Assembly (NCBI GenBank): GCA_041611735.1
Contig: JBFIML010000008.1
Location: 40,570 to 104,569 of the forward strand
DNA length: 64,000 nt
From: Myxococcota bacterium
Lineage (GTDB): Bacteria > Myxococcota_A > UBA9160 > PR03
Reading direction: 5' to 3'
The position numbers and the translations under genes are program-made. Positions 42,726 to 52,995 of this stretch are shown piece by piece. The stretch's first letter is position 1, and every line of letters begins with the position of its first letter. The notes beneath the pieces are model-generated. The model saw only the letters and a program-made list of their open reading frames with translations. It made no database searches and had not been told where the DNA came from.

Positions 42726-42745
42726 GATTGAAACATGTTCTAATC
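42726..42745. promoter_or_regulatory. KstR-type operator over divergent promoters
   Basis: Identical 20-mer to 17440-17459. Plus-strand promoter TTGCCG(42716)-N17-TCTAAT; minus-strand promoter TTTACA(42755)-N17-TTCAAT. Confidence 0.85.
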
Positions 42746-42801
42746 TGCTTGTAAAGCGGGCACCGGGTGGCCGGGCCAGCACTCCGACCGGGAGAATCCG
42801 C

Positions 42802-44010
42802 ATGGCCCTGGCGGACGTCGATCTCTGCGACCTGGACCTGTTCGCCGACGGGTTCCCGCACCAGCACTTCACCCGTCTGCGCGCCGAGGCTCCGATCGTC
42901 TGGAACCCCGAGTCCGACGGACCCGGCTTCTTCGCGATCACGCGCCACGCCCACGCCGTGCGCATCTCCAGGGATCCCCACAGCTTCTCCTCCCATTCGG
43001 GCACCAACATCCGCGACCATGCCCCCGACGACCTGGTCCACATCCAGGCGCAGCTCGTGAACATGGATCCGCCGCAGCACGTGAAGTACCGCCAGCTCGT
43101 GCGGCGCGGTTTCACGCCGCGCCAGATCGCTGCCCTCGAGCCCCACGTGCGGGAGCTCACCCGCAAGATCGTGGACCGGATTGCACACAAGGGCGAATGC
43201 GACTTCGTCACCGACGTGGCGGCCGAGCTCCCGCTGCAGGTGATCCTCGAGATGATGGGGGTGCCGGTGGAAGACCGGCACCTGATCTTCGACCTGAGCA
43301 ACCGCCTGATCGGCTTCGACGACCCGGAGTTCCAGACCTCGATCGAGGACGGTCGCCGCGCCGCCGCCGAGATGTGGGGTTACGCGCACCAGATGGCGCA
43401 GGAACGCCGCGCAAAGCCCTGCGAGGACCTGGTCACCAGCCTGCTCGACGGCCAGGTGGACGGCCAGCGCCTGACCGACGTGGAGTTCAACAACTTCTTC
43501 CTGCTGCTGGCGGTGGCCGGGAACGAGACCACGCGCAACGCAATCTCCGGCGGCGTGCTGGCCCTGATCGAGCATCCCTCGGAGCGGGCCCGGCTGCTCG
43601 CCGAGCCGGGCCTGATCCCGAAGGCCGTGGAGGAGATCCTGCGCTGGGTCACCCCGGTGATCCACTTCCGGCGCACGGCCACCCGCGACGTGGATCTGGA
43701 CGGTCAGCCGGTCCGGGCCGGCCAGAAGCTGGTGATGTTCTACCCCTCGGCCAACCGCGACGAGGCGGTGTTCCAGGACCCGTTCCGCTTCGACGTGGGA
43801 CGCCGGCGCAACCCGCACCTGGCCTTCGGGATCGGGGAGCACTTCTGCCTGGGGGCCCATCTCGCCCGGCTCGAGATCCGCGTCATGCTCGAGGAGCTGC
43901 TGCAACGGCTCCCGGACATGGAGCTGGCGGCAGCGCCCCGCCGGCTGCGCTCCAACTTCATCAACGGCATCAAGGAGATGCGGGTCCGCTTCACGCCCGA
44001 GGCGGGCTAG
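42802..44010 (+). CDS. Cytochrome P450, CYP125/CYP142-like
   Basis: MDPPQH, AGNETTRN, EILR and FGIGEHFCLG heme motif. Confidence 0.92.
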   Translation: MALADVDLCDLDLFADGFPHQHFTRLRAEAPIVWNPESDGPGFFAITRHAHAVRISRDPHSFSSHSGTNIRDHAPDDLVHIQAQLVNMDPPQHVKYRQLVRRGFTPRQIAALEPHVRELTRKIVDRIAHKGECDFVTDVAAELPLQVILEMMGVPVEDRHLIFDLSNRLIGFDDPEFQTSIEDGRRAAAEMWGYAHQMAQERRAKPCEDLVTSLLDGQVDGQRLTDVEFNNFFLLLAVAGNETTRNAISGGVLALIEHPSERARLLAEPGLIPKAVEEILRWVTPVIHFRRTATRDVDLDGQPVRAGQKLVMFYPSANRDEAVFQDPFRFDVGRRRNPHLAFGIGEHFCLGAHLARLEIRVMLEELLQRLPDMELAAAPRRLRSNFINGIKEMRVRFTPEAG

Positions 44011-44026
44011 GAGCCGGGGGAGCGGC

Positions 44027-44227
44027 TCAGCTCTCGACGATCGAGATCGCCTGGCGGGGGCAGATCGCCTCCGCCTCCTTCAGCTTGGTGCGCAGCTCCT
44101 CGCCGGGCTGCTCGACGAGGATGTGGAGGTTGTCGTCCTCGTCGACCCGGAACACCTCCGGGCAGACCTCCATGCACAGTGCGTTCGCCTCGCACAGATC
44201 GAAGTCCACCTTCACCCGAAGCGCCAT
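44027..44227 (-). CDS. Ferredoxin ([3Fe-4S]-type)
   Basis: 66 aa with CEANALC...CP; RBS GGAGGAGG; next to the P450. Confidence 0.9.
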   Translation of the reverse strand: MALRVKVDFDLCEANALCMEVCPEVFRVDEDDNLHILVEQPGEELRTKLKEAEAICPRQAISIVES

Positions 44228-44316
44228 CGCCTCCTCCCTTGCGCGTCCGACGGCGCCAGACCATACCACGCCGCCCGCCGGATGGTGAAGCGGCCCGCCC
44301 GGCTGGTGCGTGCGGC

Positions 44317-45987
44317 TCAGTTCACGATCTGGAAGCTGTCGAGCACCTGGTCGTCCAGGTCGTAGGCGGTCCACGTGAGGACGCTTCCGCTCACGTCCAT
44401 CAGGTTGTAGTGCCAGGCGGATTCCACCACGTCGAAGAAGGCCCAGGGCTCGGGCGGCGTCCATGTGTCCAGCGCCCCGCCGCCCCCGCCCACGATCACG
44501 TACGTGACTCCGTTGCGAGCCCCGCGCTGGTAGGCATGGGCGTGCCCGCTGACGACCAGGTCGACGCTCTTCGCCTCGAAGACCGGCACCCAGTCCCGCC
44601 GCACCCAGGTCTCGCCATTGTAGGAGAAGGGGTCGTCCCAGAGGTTCGTGTAGGGCGGCCGGTGGAAGACCACGATGCGGAACTCGGCGACCAGGGCCTC
44701 GGGAGATTCGAGGGCCTGGATCAGGAAGGCGAGCTGGTCCTGCTCGGGGCTGGTCACCCCGGTGCGCGCCTCGGTGTCCAGCACCACGAAGAAGGCGTTC
44801 CCATAGGAAAAGGCGTACCAGGACTCGTTACCCGGCAGCGCACTGTAGGCGTAGGCGAAGGCGTGCTCCTTGTCGTGATTGCCGCGGGCGAACACCACCG
44901 GTCTGGTCTGGGCAAAGAAGGCGATCTCGAGCGGGGCGAACCACTGGGTCTGCCACTCCTCGAGCACGTTCCCGTTCTGGACGACGTCGCCGGCGGCGAT
45001 CAGGAGGTCGGGGTTGCGGGCCGCCATGTGGATCACGTGCTGACCGAGGACACCGGGTCCGTTCTGATTGTCCGCGATCCAGGCGATGCGATACGGGCTC
45101 GAGGGGAGCGGGGCGGTGCGAAACGTGTAGATGGGCGAGGCGGTCGTCTCGCTGACGACCCGGTAGTCGTAGGCCGTCTCGGGGGAGAGGCCACTCAGGA
45201 CGGCCTTGTGTACGAAGTGCTGGGCATCCACCTGGGTGGTCTCCACGTGGGCATGCACCTGCCCGAGGCCCGCCCCGGCAGGGCCCCACTCCACCGTGTG
45301 GCGGGCGCGGTTGCCGTCTGTCTCCCACAGGATGGTCATGGCGTCCAGCCGCACGTCCTGGAGCATGGGCTGCTTGGTGAGCGTCGGTGGCGAGGTTTCG
45401 ATCCGGGCCAGCTTGACGCTCGTGTCGTCCGCCATGCCGTCGTTGTCGAGGCCGGCGCGGAAGCGCGCTTCGATCTCGACCCGCAGGCGCCGGGTTCCCG
45501 GCGGGAGCACGGCCGCAGCCCGGCGCTGCAGCCAGTCGTCGTCCCCGACCAGCAGCGTGCGCACGCTGCCGAGCTCGATGCCCGCCGGATCGAGGAAGCG
45601 CACCCGGTAGAAGACCTGGTCGTCGAAACTCCCGGCGTTCGCCCAGCTTCGCAGCCACGCCTCGGCATTCACCGTGGCGAGCCCGGCGTCGAGGGTCGCG
45701 GCCAGGAAGCCCTCGCGCAGCAGGTCCACCTCCTGCCAGGCGCGGCAGCTCGCCACTGCTCCCTCGTCGCCCCCGTAGAAGAGCCAGTCGCCGGAGTGCG
45801 GAGTCGCCCACGGGAACGAGGGCCCGTACTCGATCTCGCACGAGCCGTACTCGACCACCCAGGGCGCGAAGACGCCGGCCTCGAAGCCCGGATTCCCGAG
45901 CAGCTCGCGGTCGAAGGGCTGGCGGGGTGCCCCGCCGAGGCAGGGCCAGACGGCGAGAGCGAGCGCCAGCAGGTGCAGCGGTCGCAT
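44317..45987 (-). CDS. Secreted metallophosphoesterase (purple-acid-phosphatase-like) with extra N-terminal domain
   Basis: Signal peptide; LLGNPGFE beta-sandwich-like domain; IADNQ, GDVV, GNHD and GHAH. Confidence 0.82.
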   Translation of the reverse strand: MRPLHLLALALAVWPCLGGAPRQPFDRELLGNPGFEAGVFAPWVVEYGSCEIEYGPSFPWATPHSGDWLFYGGDEGAVASCRAWQEVDLLREGFLAATLDAGLATVNAEAWLRSWANAGSFDDQVFYRVRFLDPAGIELGSVRTLLVGDDDWLQRRAAAVLPPGTRRLRVEIEARFRAGLDNDGMADDTSVKLARIETSPPTLTKQPMLQDVRLDAMTILWETDGNRARHTVEWGPAGAGLGQVHAHVETTQVDAQHFVHKAVLSGLSPETAYDYRVVSETTASPIYTFRTAPLPSSPYRIAWIADNQNGPGVLGQHVIHMAARNPDLLIAAGDVVQNGNVLEEWQTQWFAPLEIAFFAQTRPVVFARGNHDKEHAFAYAYSALPGNESWYAFSYGNAFFVVLDTEARTGVTSPEQDQLAFLIQALESPEALVAEFRIVVFHRPPYTNLWDDPFSYNGETWVRRDWVPVFEAKSVDLVVSGHAHAYQRGARNGVTYVIVGGGGGALDTWTPPEPWAFFDVVESAWHYNLMDVSGSVLTWTAYDLDDQVLDSFQIVN

Positions 45988-46033
45988 CAAGCCACTCTAT
46001 GGGGACGCGCCCGGCCGGGTCAAGCCGGGCCGG

Positions 46034-46531
46034 TCACCCGGGCTCGCGCAGGTAGCTGGTGGCGAGCGCGTCGGCATACTCGTTCCAGCGCGATCCGTCG
46101 TGGGCTGCGATCCAGCGCAGCTCCACCTTGGGGTGGGCCGCGGCCAGGGCGTAGAGCTCCCGGACCAGCTCCAGGTTCTTGATGGGCCCGCCCTTGCGGC
46201 GCCAGCCGCGCTGCTCCCAGCCAGGCGCCCACTCGTTGACGGTGCGCACGCAGAGCTGGCTGTCCGAGTAGACTGGCACCTCCGCGTCCCTGGGCAGCAT
46301 GCGGTAGGCCTCGATCAGGGCGGTCAGCTCCATGCGGTTGTTCGTGGTGTCCGGGTCGGAGCCGTGCTTCTCGGCCACGATGCGGCCGTCCTCGACCCAG
46401 ACGACGCCCCAACCGCCGGGCCCCGGGTTGCCCTCGCAGGAGCCGTCGCTGAAAACGCCGGTTCGGGGACCGCCGCGGTAGCGAGCCAGCACCTCCTCGG
46501 GGCTCAGGAACTCGCTGCGCCGCGCCGCCAA
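46034..46531 (-). CDS. rnhA: Ribonuclease HI
   Basis: DGSCEGNPGPGGWG, TNNRMEL, SDSQ and NEYADALA. Confidence 0.93.
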   Translation of the reverse strand: MAARRSEFLSPEEVLARYRGGPRTGVFSDGSCEGNPGPGGWGVVWVEDGRIVAEKHGSDPDTTNNRMELTALIEAYRMLPRDAEVPVYSDSQLCVRTVNEWAPGWEQRGWRRKGGPIKNLELVRELYALAAAHPKVELRWIAAHDGSRWNEYADALATSYLREPG

Positions 46532-46532
46532 C

Positions 46533-47627
46533 CTAGGCTCCCACCCGGAAATAGATCACGTCGCCGTCCCGCACCACGTAGTCCTTGCCTTCGACTCGCA
46601 TCCTTCCGCGCGCCTTGGCCTCGACCTCGCTTCCAGCGGCGTCGAAGTCCTCGAAGCGAATCACCTCGGCGCGGATGAAATGACGCTCGAAGTCCGTGTG
46701 GACCACCGCGGCGGCCCGCGGGGCCGTGGTTCCGGCCCGCACGGTCCAGGCCCGCACCTGCTTCGGTCCGATCGTGAAGAAGGTGACGAGGCCGAGCAGC
46801 GCGTAGGCGGCGCGGGCGAGGCGATGCAGCCCCGGCTCCTCCAGGCCGAGGTCGGCCAGGAAGGCGCGACGCTCCTCGGGCGGAAGCTCCGCCAGCTCGG
46901 CCTCGATCTTCGCACACAGGCGCAGTACGGGCGCGCCGCTGCGCGCCGCGTGCGCTTCCAGCGCCCGGGTTGCGGCGTTGGCCTTGCGGAGCGCCGCCTC
47001 GTCCACGTTCGCCACGTAGAGAACGGGCCTGGCGGTGAGCAGGTGACAGTCGCGAAAGACCTCGGCCATGGGATCCGGAACCGTGAAGGTGCGTGCCGGG
47101 CCTCCCGCGGAGAGGTGGGCCAGCAGGGCCTCCAGGAAGACCACCGCTTCCCGCGCCTCCTTCGCGCCGGTCTTGGCCGTGCGCCGGGCCGGGTCGAGGC
47201 GCCGTTCCACGGTCTCGAGGTCGGCGAGCCCGAGCTCGGTCTCCACGGTCTCCACGTCGCGTAGCGGATCGAGCGCGCCGTCCACGTGCACGACGTTCGG
47301 GTCCTCGAAGCAGCGCACCACGTGGAGCACCGCGTGCACCTCCCGGATGTGGGCCAGGAACTGGTTCCCGAGGCCTTCTCCCCGGGAGGCGCCGCGCACC
47401 AGCCCGGCGATGTCCACCAGCTCCACCGTGGCCGGAATCACCGCCGCCGGCTTGACCAGCTCGGCCAGTCGGTCGAGGCGCGCGTCGGGCACCGGCACCA
47501 CGCCCGCGTTCGGCTCGACGGTGCAGAAGGGGTAGTTCTCGGCCGCGACCCCCGCCGCCGTCAAGGCGTTGAAGAGCGTGCTCTTCCCGACGTTGGGAAG
47601 CCCGACGATACCGGCGCGCAGGGGCAT
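46533..47627 (-). CDS. ychF: Ribosome-binding ATPase YchF
   Basis: [41 protein letters not shown] and EGKDYVV.DGD. Confidence 0.97.
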   Translation of the reverse strand: MPLRAGIVGLPNVGKSTLFNALTAAGVAAENYPFCTVEPNAGVVPVPDARLDRLAELVKPAAVIPATVELVDIAGLVRGASRGEGLGNQFLAHIREVHAVLHVVRCFEDPNVVHVDGALDPLRDVETVETELGLADLETVERRLDPARRTAKTGAKEAREAVVFLEALLAHLSAGGPARTFTVPDPMAEVFRDCHLLTARPVLYVANVDEAALRKANAATRALEAHAARSGAPVLRLCAKIEAELAELPPEERRAFLADLGLEEPGLHRLARAAYALLGLVTFFTIGPKQVRAWTVRAGTTAPRAAAVVHTDFERHFIRAEVIRFEDFDAAGSEVEAKARGRMRVEGKDYVVRDGDVIYFRVGA

Positions 47628-47739
47628 GGCGTGAGTAACACTAGCGGTCGTCCCAGCCAGCGCGAGCGCTCCGAGCCGGTTGCTCCAAGCGCCCTCCGGT
47701 TGGCCTCGTCCGGCTTCCAGCCCGAGCCGCCCGAGGGCT

Positions 47740-48738
47740 CTACTGCCGCCGAAACCAACGGGTGATCACGAGATCCTGCCGCACGCCCTCGGCCCGATGG
47801 CGGCGAGGCGTGACCTCGATTCCGGAGCCGATCGGAAGCGCGGGCGGCACTTCGCGTGCTCTCACCTGGCTCTGCCCGATCACCGTCGGCTCGTCCACGC
47901 CCATCGGGTTGGCCAGGGCAGAGCGAGGTCGCATCACGAAGGCGCCGCGCGCCTTCTCGAGGTCGTCCCGGGGCGCGTCGGACAGGGCGACGTACACGTG
48001 AACGATCCCGTGATCGGCATGCCGCTCGAGTCCGGCGGCAGGTTCGGACACCACGACCGTTCGATCCGGGGCGACGGGATTGCCTTCAGCAGCTCCGATC
48101 GGCGGAAACAGCGCTGTCACCGTGCCCACGGCATCTACGAAGAAGACATAGACGAAGGAGCGGCCAAAGGGGCGAAACGCGATCCGCACCGGATCGCCTC
48201 CTCGAACCGCTGCTCCGTCATCGACCTCGCGCCCGGATTCGTCGAACACCGCCACGTCGATCCCAGTGACGCCACCCCGGGTGGAGACCTCGCTCTCGTC
48301 CTGATCGGACGGCGCCTCGAATGCCTCCTGCGAAGGTGGAGCCGTCGCAACAAAGAGATCTTCCTCCTGCGGAGGATCTTGTCCCGCAGGCACGACCGCT
48401 GCGGCTTCGGGGGCGTCGGGCTCCAGCGAGGACTCTGCTTGGAAGCCCGGGTCCGGCTCGGGCGGTCGTTGGCGCTGAGGAAGCTGCGACGGATCGACCA
48501 GTGCCGTGAGCGGACGCGGGCCACCCTGCAGCGACAGCGTCCGCTCTTCCCGCAGCCGGGCCGCGAGGCTCAGCGTGAGGACGCGCGCGCTGTCGCAGTA
48601 GGACTGCGGGTTGTTCTCACACGTGACCGCAAGCCAGTCGCTAGCCACCAGGCTTGCCACCTCCACCGCCTGGCCGCAGGTGGCACCGATGAGCGCCAGC
48701 GGCCAGGCTGCCAGGGCCACCCGGAAGCCTCCTCGCAT
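47740..48738 (-). CDS. Hypothetical exported protein with DUF4384-like C-terminal domain
   Basis: Signal/lipoprotein-like N-terminus (ALIGATC), acidic Pro-rich linker and VRGGDPVRIAF...FVYVFFVDAVGTVTALFP. Confidence 0.6.
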   Translation of the reverse strand: MRGGFRVALAAWPLALIGATCGQAVEVASLVASDWLAVTCENNPQSYCDSARVLTLSLAARLREERTLSLQGGPRPLTALVDPSQLPQRQRPPEPDPGFQAESSLEPDAPEAAAVVPAGQDPPQEEDLFVATAPPSQEAFEAPSDQDESEVSTRGGVTGIDVAVFDESGREVDDGAAVRGGDPVRIAFRPFGRSFVYVFFVDAVGTVTALFPPIGAAEGNPVAPDRTVVVSEPAAGLERHADHGIVHVYVALSDAPRDDLEKARGAFVMRPRSALANPMGVDEPTVIGQSQVRAREVPPALPIGSGIEVTPRRHRAEGVRQDLVITRWFRRQ

Positions 48739-48764
48739 CCCTCCCCTCCCGTGGCCCGTGGACT

Positions 48765-51566
48765 TCAAAGCGCCCGTACGAACGACGACCATCCCGTGTA
48801 GCCGGAGTTCGCCGTGCCGTTCCGGGTTCGGAAACGCCAGAAATACTGGGTTGCGACGTTGGGCGTGTCCACCTCGACATCCTGATAAGGAAGCGGCCAC
48901 TGGATCGACGGCAACGTCAGGTTGAGCAGGTCGTTGAAGCTGAGGGCGCAGAGGTTCACCGATTGAACCTGCCCAAGGCCGTTCTCGCACAGGAACGGAA
49001 TCACCAGGGGCGCGAAGCCCGCAACCAGCGTGTCCCGGAGATCCACCGAGGTGCGCTGGGGCGTGGCGTTACGCGTGAACGTGCGCCACACGTTGCGTGC
49101 GCAGGGGTACGGGATCAGGCCTTCGCAGATCCTCCATTCGAGCTCCCAGTAGCCGATCTCGACGTCGTAACGGGTGGTCGGATGCCAGCGGTGGTACTTG
49201 TCCGCATCGAAGAGCATCAATCGGACCCGACTTCCGAAGGTCGGAAGCCACTCGTTGAGCGGCCCCGCGGCGCGCAGGCGATCGTTGGGACGATCTGCGG
49301 TGCTCGGCGATTCGAAGACCTGCCTGAGGACGCCGACCTGGGAGGGCGTGTGTTCGTAGGCGAAGTCGCTCCCCGAGTCCATCACGTTGTCGCCCGCATC
49401 CCGGAAGGTGCCGCGCCCGAAGAACATGCCGCTCTCGACCTCATACTCGTTGCGCGTGAAGCCGCCGGTCGTCACCGTGGCAGGAAAGCGCCTGCGGAGC
49501 GACATGTTGTCCGAGCCGTTGTCGGCCAGGACCTCGCTCAGACGGATCTCGTAGGTGTAGAAGAAGTCGCCAATCAGGCTTGCCCAGGAGTTCCACGACG
49601 CGTCCAGGCGGACCATGCCCGTCAAGAGGTCGAAGTCCGTGGCGCGGGTGCTCTCCATCCCGGGCTCGATGTACTCGTCCAGGAACTGGATGGCGGCGTG
49701 GGCGAGCTCGTGCATGGGCACGTAGTTGCTCTGCATGTCGTCGCGCGTGACCCGCGCGATCCCGTAGGGCCTGCCGATCAGATGGGGGAGGGCCGCATTC
49801 GCCGTGATATTGCCTCTCACGTTGAAGAGCAGAAGCACGCCGATCGGCTGCGGTCGCTGGGAAACGGGAGTGCTCGGGAAGCGCTGTTGAAGTAGCTGGT
49901 TCACCGTCGAGGCGACCTGGGCGTGATCGGAGCTGATGCCCTGGCCGTCCCGAACCGGATGGTCGAACAGCTGGGCGCCGAAGTTCGCGTTGCCCGACTC
50001 GAGGGTTTGGCCCGGAAGCCAGTAGACCGTGTAATGGATGCGGTCTCTCCAGCGGCGGGTGAACGCGTTCTGCGTATCGGTCGCCATCCGCAGGATCATC
50101 TGATCGACCTCTTCGCGGAAGGCTCCGTGATCGTCGACCGTCCAGCCAGTGGGCAGGATCACGATCTCGCGCAGATGGCCACTCCGGTTGGGGCTGGTGA
50201 AACGCGATTCACCGCTGCAATCGCGGACCTCGTCGTTCGAACCGACGCTGCGGCAGTAGGAATACGGGGATTGCCCGGGTTGGAGGCGGGGCAGAGTGGG
50301 CGCGATGAGTTTGAGCGCGTCGATCTGCTCTCGAGGAAGCTTGATCACCTGGAAGCGACTGTCCAGCTCTCGCGTCTGGACCGGATTGGCCTGGGGTACG
50401 CGCATCCTCTGGTGCATCGCTTCGAACTCGGATCGGAAGTCGCCGGGAACGTGGTTGCGGAGGTCGGAGGGAACGCTGGTTCGAGGGCGATCGGCACGAC
50501 GCAGATCCATCAGGATCAAGCTCTTGGAGGCCGCGCGCTTGACGGCGGCAGAGGCCCGGGCATCCCCGAGGACCCCGGTGAGCAGGCGGCCGGTCGCGTC
50601 GTCGGGGCGCTCGGGACGAAGCTCTTCGAGGATCGAGCCGCGGTCTTCGTCGCTGCGTGCCCTTGGGTAGAGCTCGCGAAGCGCCTTCTGTGCCTCCGGA
50701 TCTCGCGAGCCACCGAGCCCGCGGAGCGCGGCGTCGCGAAGCGCGGGGTTGGAAGCGCGCTCGGCGATCTGGCGGGCGTTGAAGATCTGCTTCGAGCCGA
50801 TGGAGGTGGTCTGCAGCTGGTGCAGGACCTGATCTGGGTCAGCCGAGGGATCGAGGTTCACCACGCGCAGATCCGGCTCTGGAACCGAGGTCGCCTGCCA
50901 ACCTTGCCGCGTCAGGCCTGCGCGCCTGGCGCTCTCGACTGCGTTGCGACGCGCCACCTCCTTCTCCAGCTCGGCCAGGTCGGGACCCGAGGGCTGCTTC
51001 ACGGGCGCGGGTTGCGTCGAGGCGACCGTCGTCGGAAGCCGGGTCTTGCTCACCTGGACGCGGTGCATGCGGATCCGCGAGGCCGAGGCGAGCGTCGTGC
51101 TGCCTGCGCGCTCGAAGACGCCGGTGAGCGAGCCAGCCGCGTCGATCGCCCGGCCGTCGGGAAGCAGCAAGACCAGGTGATGCACGTCGCCGTCGCCGCC
51201 GAGGGACTCCGCGGCGGGGGCGACGAGATTGTTCTCGTGCGACGAGCTCTTCGCACGCAGCTTCCAAGCGAGATCGCCGGTTGCACTCCGGACTTCGAGA
51301 GGCGGCTGCTCGCTGATGGCGACCAGGTAATCGCCCGCTTCGAGGACTGCGCTCTTGCCGTCCTGGGTTCGGAACGTGACGCTGCGTTCGAGGACGACCG
51401 GGGCATGCGGGGTCTCTCCGACGAGGCGCGGTGCCAGGCTCCCATCCCGCAACACCGGGGTGGCGGCCAGGGGATCCTCCTGGCCCTGGGCGGTGGCGCC
51501 GTAGGAGAGGACTCCCCACACCACCAGGCCGAGCAGTCCGAAAGCCCGCCCGAGAATGGCCACCAT
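48765..51566 (-). CDS. Large secreted protein with M64-like zinc metallopeptidase domain
   Basis: Signal peptide; HEAT-like helical region; IVILPTGW..D...F; HELAH...LDEY; RBS AGGAGG. Confidence 0.7.
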   Translation of the reverse strand: MVAILGRAFGLLGLVVWGVLSYGATAQGQEDPLAATPVLRDGSLAPRLVGETPHAPVVLERSVTFRTQDGKSAVLEAGDYLVAISEQPPLEVRSATGDLAWKLRAKSSSHENNLVAPAAESLGGDGDVHHLVLLLPDGRAIDAAGSLTGVFERAGSTTLASASRIRMHRVQVSKTRLPTTVASTQPAPVKQPSGPDLAELEKEVARRNAVESARRAGLTRQGWQATSVPEPDLRVVNLDPSADPDQVLHQLQTTSIGSKQIFNARQIAERASNPALRDAALRGLGGSRDPEAQKALRELYPRARSDEDRGSILEELRPERPDDATGRLLTGVLGDARASAAVKRAASKSLILMDLRRADRPRTSVPSDLRNHVPGDFRSEFEAMHQRMRVPQANPVQTRELDSRFQVIKLPREQIDALKLIAPTLPRLQPGQSPYSYCRSVGSNDEVRDCSGESRFTSPNRSGHLREIVILPTGWTVDDHGAFREEVDQMILRMATDTQNAFTRRWRDRIHYTVYWLPGQTLESGNANFGAQLFDHPVRDGQGISSDHAQVASTVNQLLQQRFPSTPVSQRPQPIGVLLLFNVRGNITANAALPHLIGRPYGIARVTRDDMQSNYVPMHELAHAAIQFLDEYIEPGMESTRATDFDLLTGMVRLDASWNSWASLIGDFFYTYEIRLSEVLADNGSDNMSLRRRFPATVTTGGFTRNEYEVESGMFFGRGTFRDAGDNVMDSGSDFAYEHTPSQVGVLRQVFESPSTADRPNDRLRAAGPLNEWLPTFGSRVRLMLFDADKYHRWHPTTRYDVEIGYWELEWRICEGLIPYPCARNVWRTFTRNATPQRTSVDLRDTLVAGFAPLVIPFLCENGLGQVQSVNLCALSFNDLLNLTLPSIQWPLPYQDVEVDTPNVATQYFWRFRTRNGTANSGYTGWSSFVRAL

Positions 51567-51817
51567 GACGTGCGTCCTCCTGTGCCGAAGTGCCTCGCCA
51601 CGTTATCACAAGGCAGGCTCCGAACGGGCCGAAGCGTCACGCCGGGCATCCCCCACGCTTCCCTTCCAGCCAGACGACGGCGGAGCAAATGCGCCGCACG
51701 GCCTGCGGAATCAGGACGGTGCGGTGCCGTCCCGATTCCCGGAAGCGGTCGGCCTCGACCTGCCCCGCCGGAGCGGGTCGCTGGCAGGTCCTTCCGACCT
51801 GCTCGAGTCCCCGCCGG

Positions 51818-52930
51818 TCACGCCCCGTACTCCGCCAGGAACTTCAGCCGCCACGCGTCGTAGCGTCCGGCCCGGATCGCCTCGCGGGCCTGGCGCACCA
51901 GCCGCTGGTAGAAGTGCACGTTGTGGATCGAGGCGAGGATCGCGGACAGGATCTCGTTGGCGGCGAACAGGTGGTGCAGGTAGGCGCGCGAGAAGCCCCC
52001 CGCGCACACGCTGCAGTCGCAGGAAGGGTCGATCGGATAGCCGTCACGCCGGTAGCGGCGGTTGGTGAGCCGGATCCTGCCGCGCACGCTGAAGACCGCG
52101 GCCGAGCGCGCATAGCGCGTCGGGATCACGCAGTCGAAGAGGTCGATCCCGTAGCCGATGGCCGCCAGCAGGTCCTCGGGCAGGCCGACGCCCATCAGGT
52201 AGCGGGGCCGGTCCTCGGGAAGCAGCGCGGCGGTGTGCTCGGTGACCCGGCACAGCAGCTCGTGCCCCTCGCCCACCGAGACCCCGCCGATCCCGTAGCC
52301 CGGGAAGTCCAGGGCCACCAGCGACTCCGCGCAGCGGGTGCGCAGCTCGAGGTCCGTGCTCCCCTGCACGATCCCGAACAGCGCCTGCTCGTCCGGGCGG
52401 GTGTGTGCCCGCTGGCAGCGCTCCGCCCAGGCCAGCGTGCGCCGCACCCCCGTCGCGGCGAGCTTGGCGTCCGCAGGGTACGGCGTGCATTCATCGAAGG
52501 CCATGATCACGTCGGCGCCGAGGGCATTCTGGATCTCGATGGACCGCTCCGGGGTGAGCTCCACGACCGTGCCGGTGAGCTCGTTCTTGAAGCGCACGCC
52601 GCGGTCCGAGATCTCCTTGTTGGGCAGGGAGAAGACCTGGAAGCCGCCGCTGTCGGTCAGGATCGGCCCTTCCCAGCGCATGAAGGCGTGCAGCCCGCCG
52701 AGCTTCGCCACCAGGGCCTCCCCCGGGCGCAGGGTCAGGTGGTAGGTGTTGGCCAGGATGATCTCGGCCCCGGTCGCGCGCACCTGCTCGGGCGTCATGG
52801 CCTTCACCGCGCCGTGGGTGCCCACGGGCATGAAGGCGGGCGTGTGCACGACGCCGTGGGGCGTGTCGAAGCGGCCGGCCCGGGCGGCGCCCGAGCGGGC
52901 TTCGAGGCGGTAGTGGAAGGGGAGCGCCAC
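51818..52930 (-). CDS. tgt: tRNA-guanine transglycosylase
   Basis: FMPVGT, TDSGGFQV, GIVQG, YLMGVG, DCVIPTR and Zn ligands CDCSVC...HN. Confidence 0.97.
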   Translation of the reverse strand: MALPFHYRLEARSGAARAGRFDTPHGVVHTPAFMPVGTHGAVKAMTPEQVRATGAEIILANTYHLTLRPGEALVAKLGGLHAFMRWEGPILTDSGGFQVFSLPNKEISDRGVRFKNELTGTVVELTPERSIEIQNALGADVIMAFDECTPYPADAKLAATGVRRTLAWAERCQRAHTRPDEQALFGIVQGSTDLELRTRCAESLVALDFPGYGIGGVSVGEGHELLCRVTEHTAALLPEDRPRYLMGVGLPEDLLAAIGYGIDLFDCVIPTRYARSAAVFSVRGRIRLTNRRYRRDGYPIDPSCDCSVCAGGFSRAYLHHLFAANEILSAILASIHNVHFYQRLVRQAREAIRAGRYDAWRLKFLAEYGA

Positions 52931-52995
52931 GCGGCGATGCTAGCGGTTGCGGCCCCGACCCCCCGATGCGGGACGACGGCCCTGCCGGCGGGCGG

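Noticed and set aside
47640-51810. Prophage or integrative element
   Set aside because: No integrase, tRNA target or flanking direct repeats were seen; only a compositional impression by eye.
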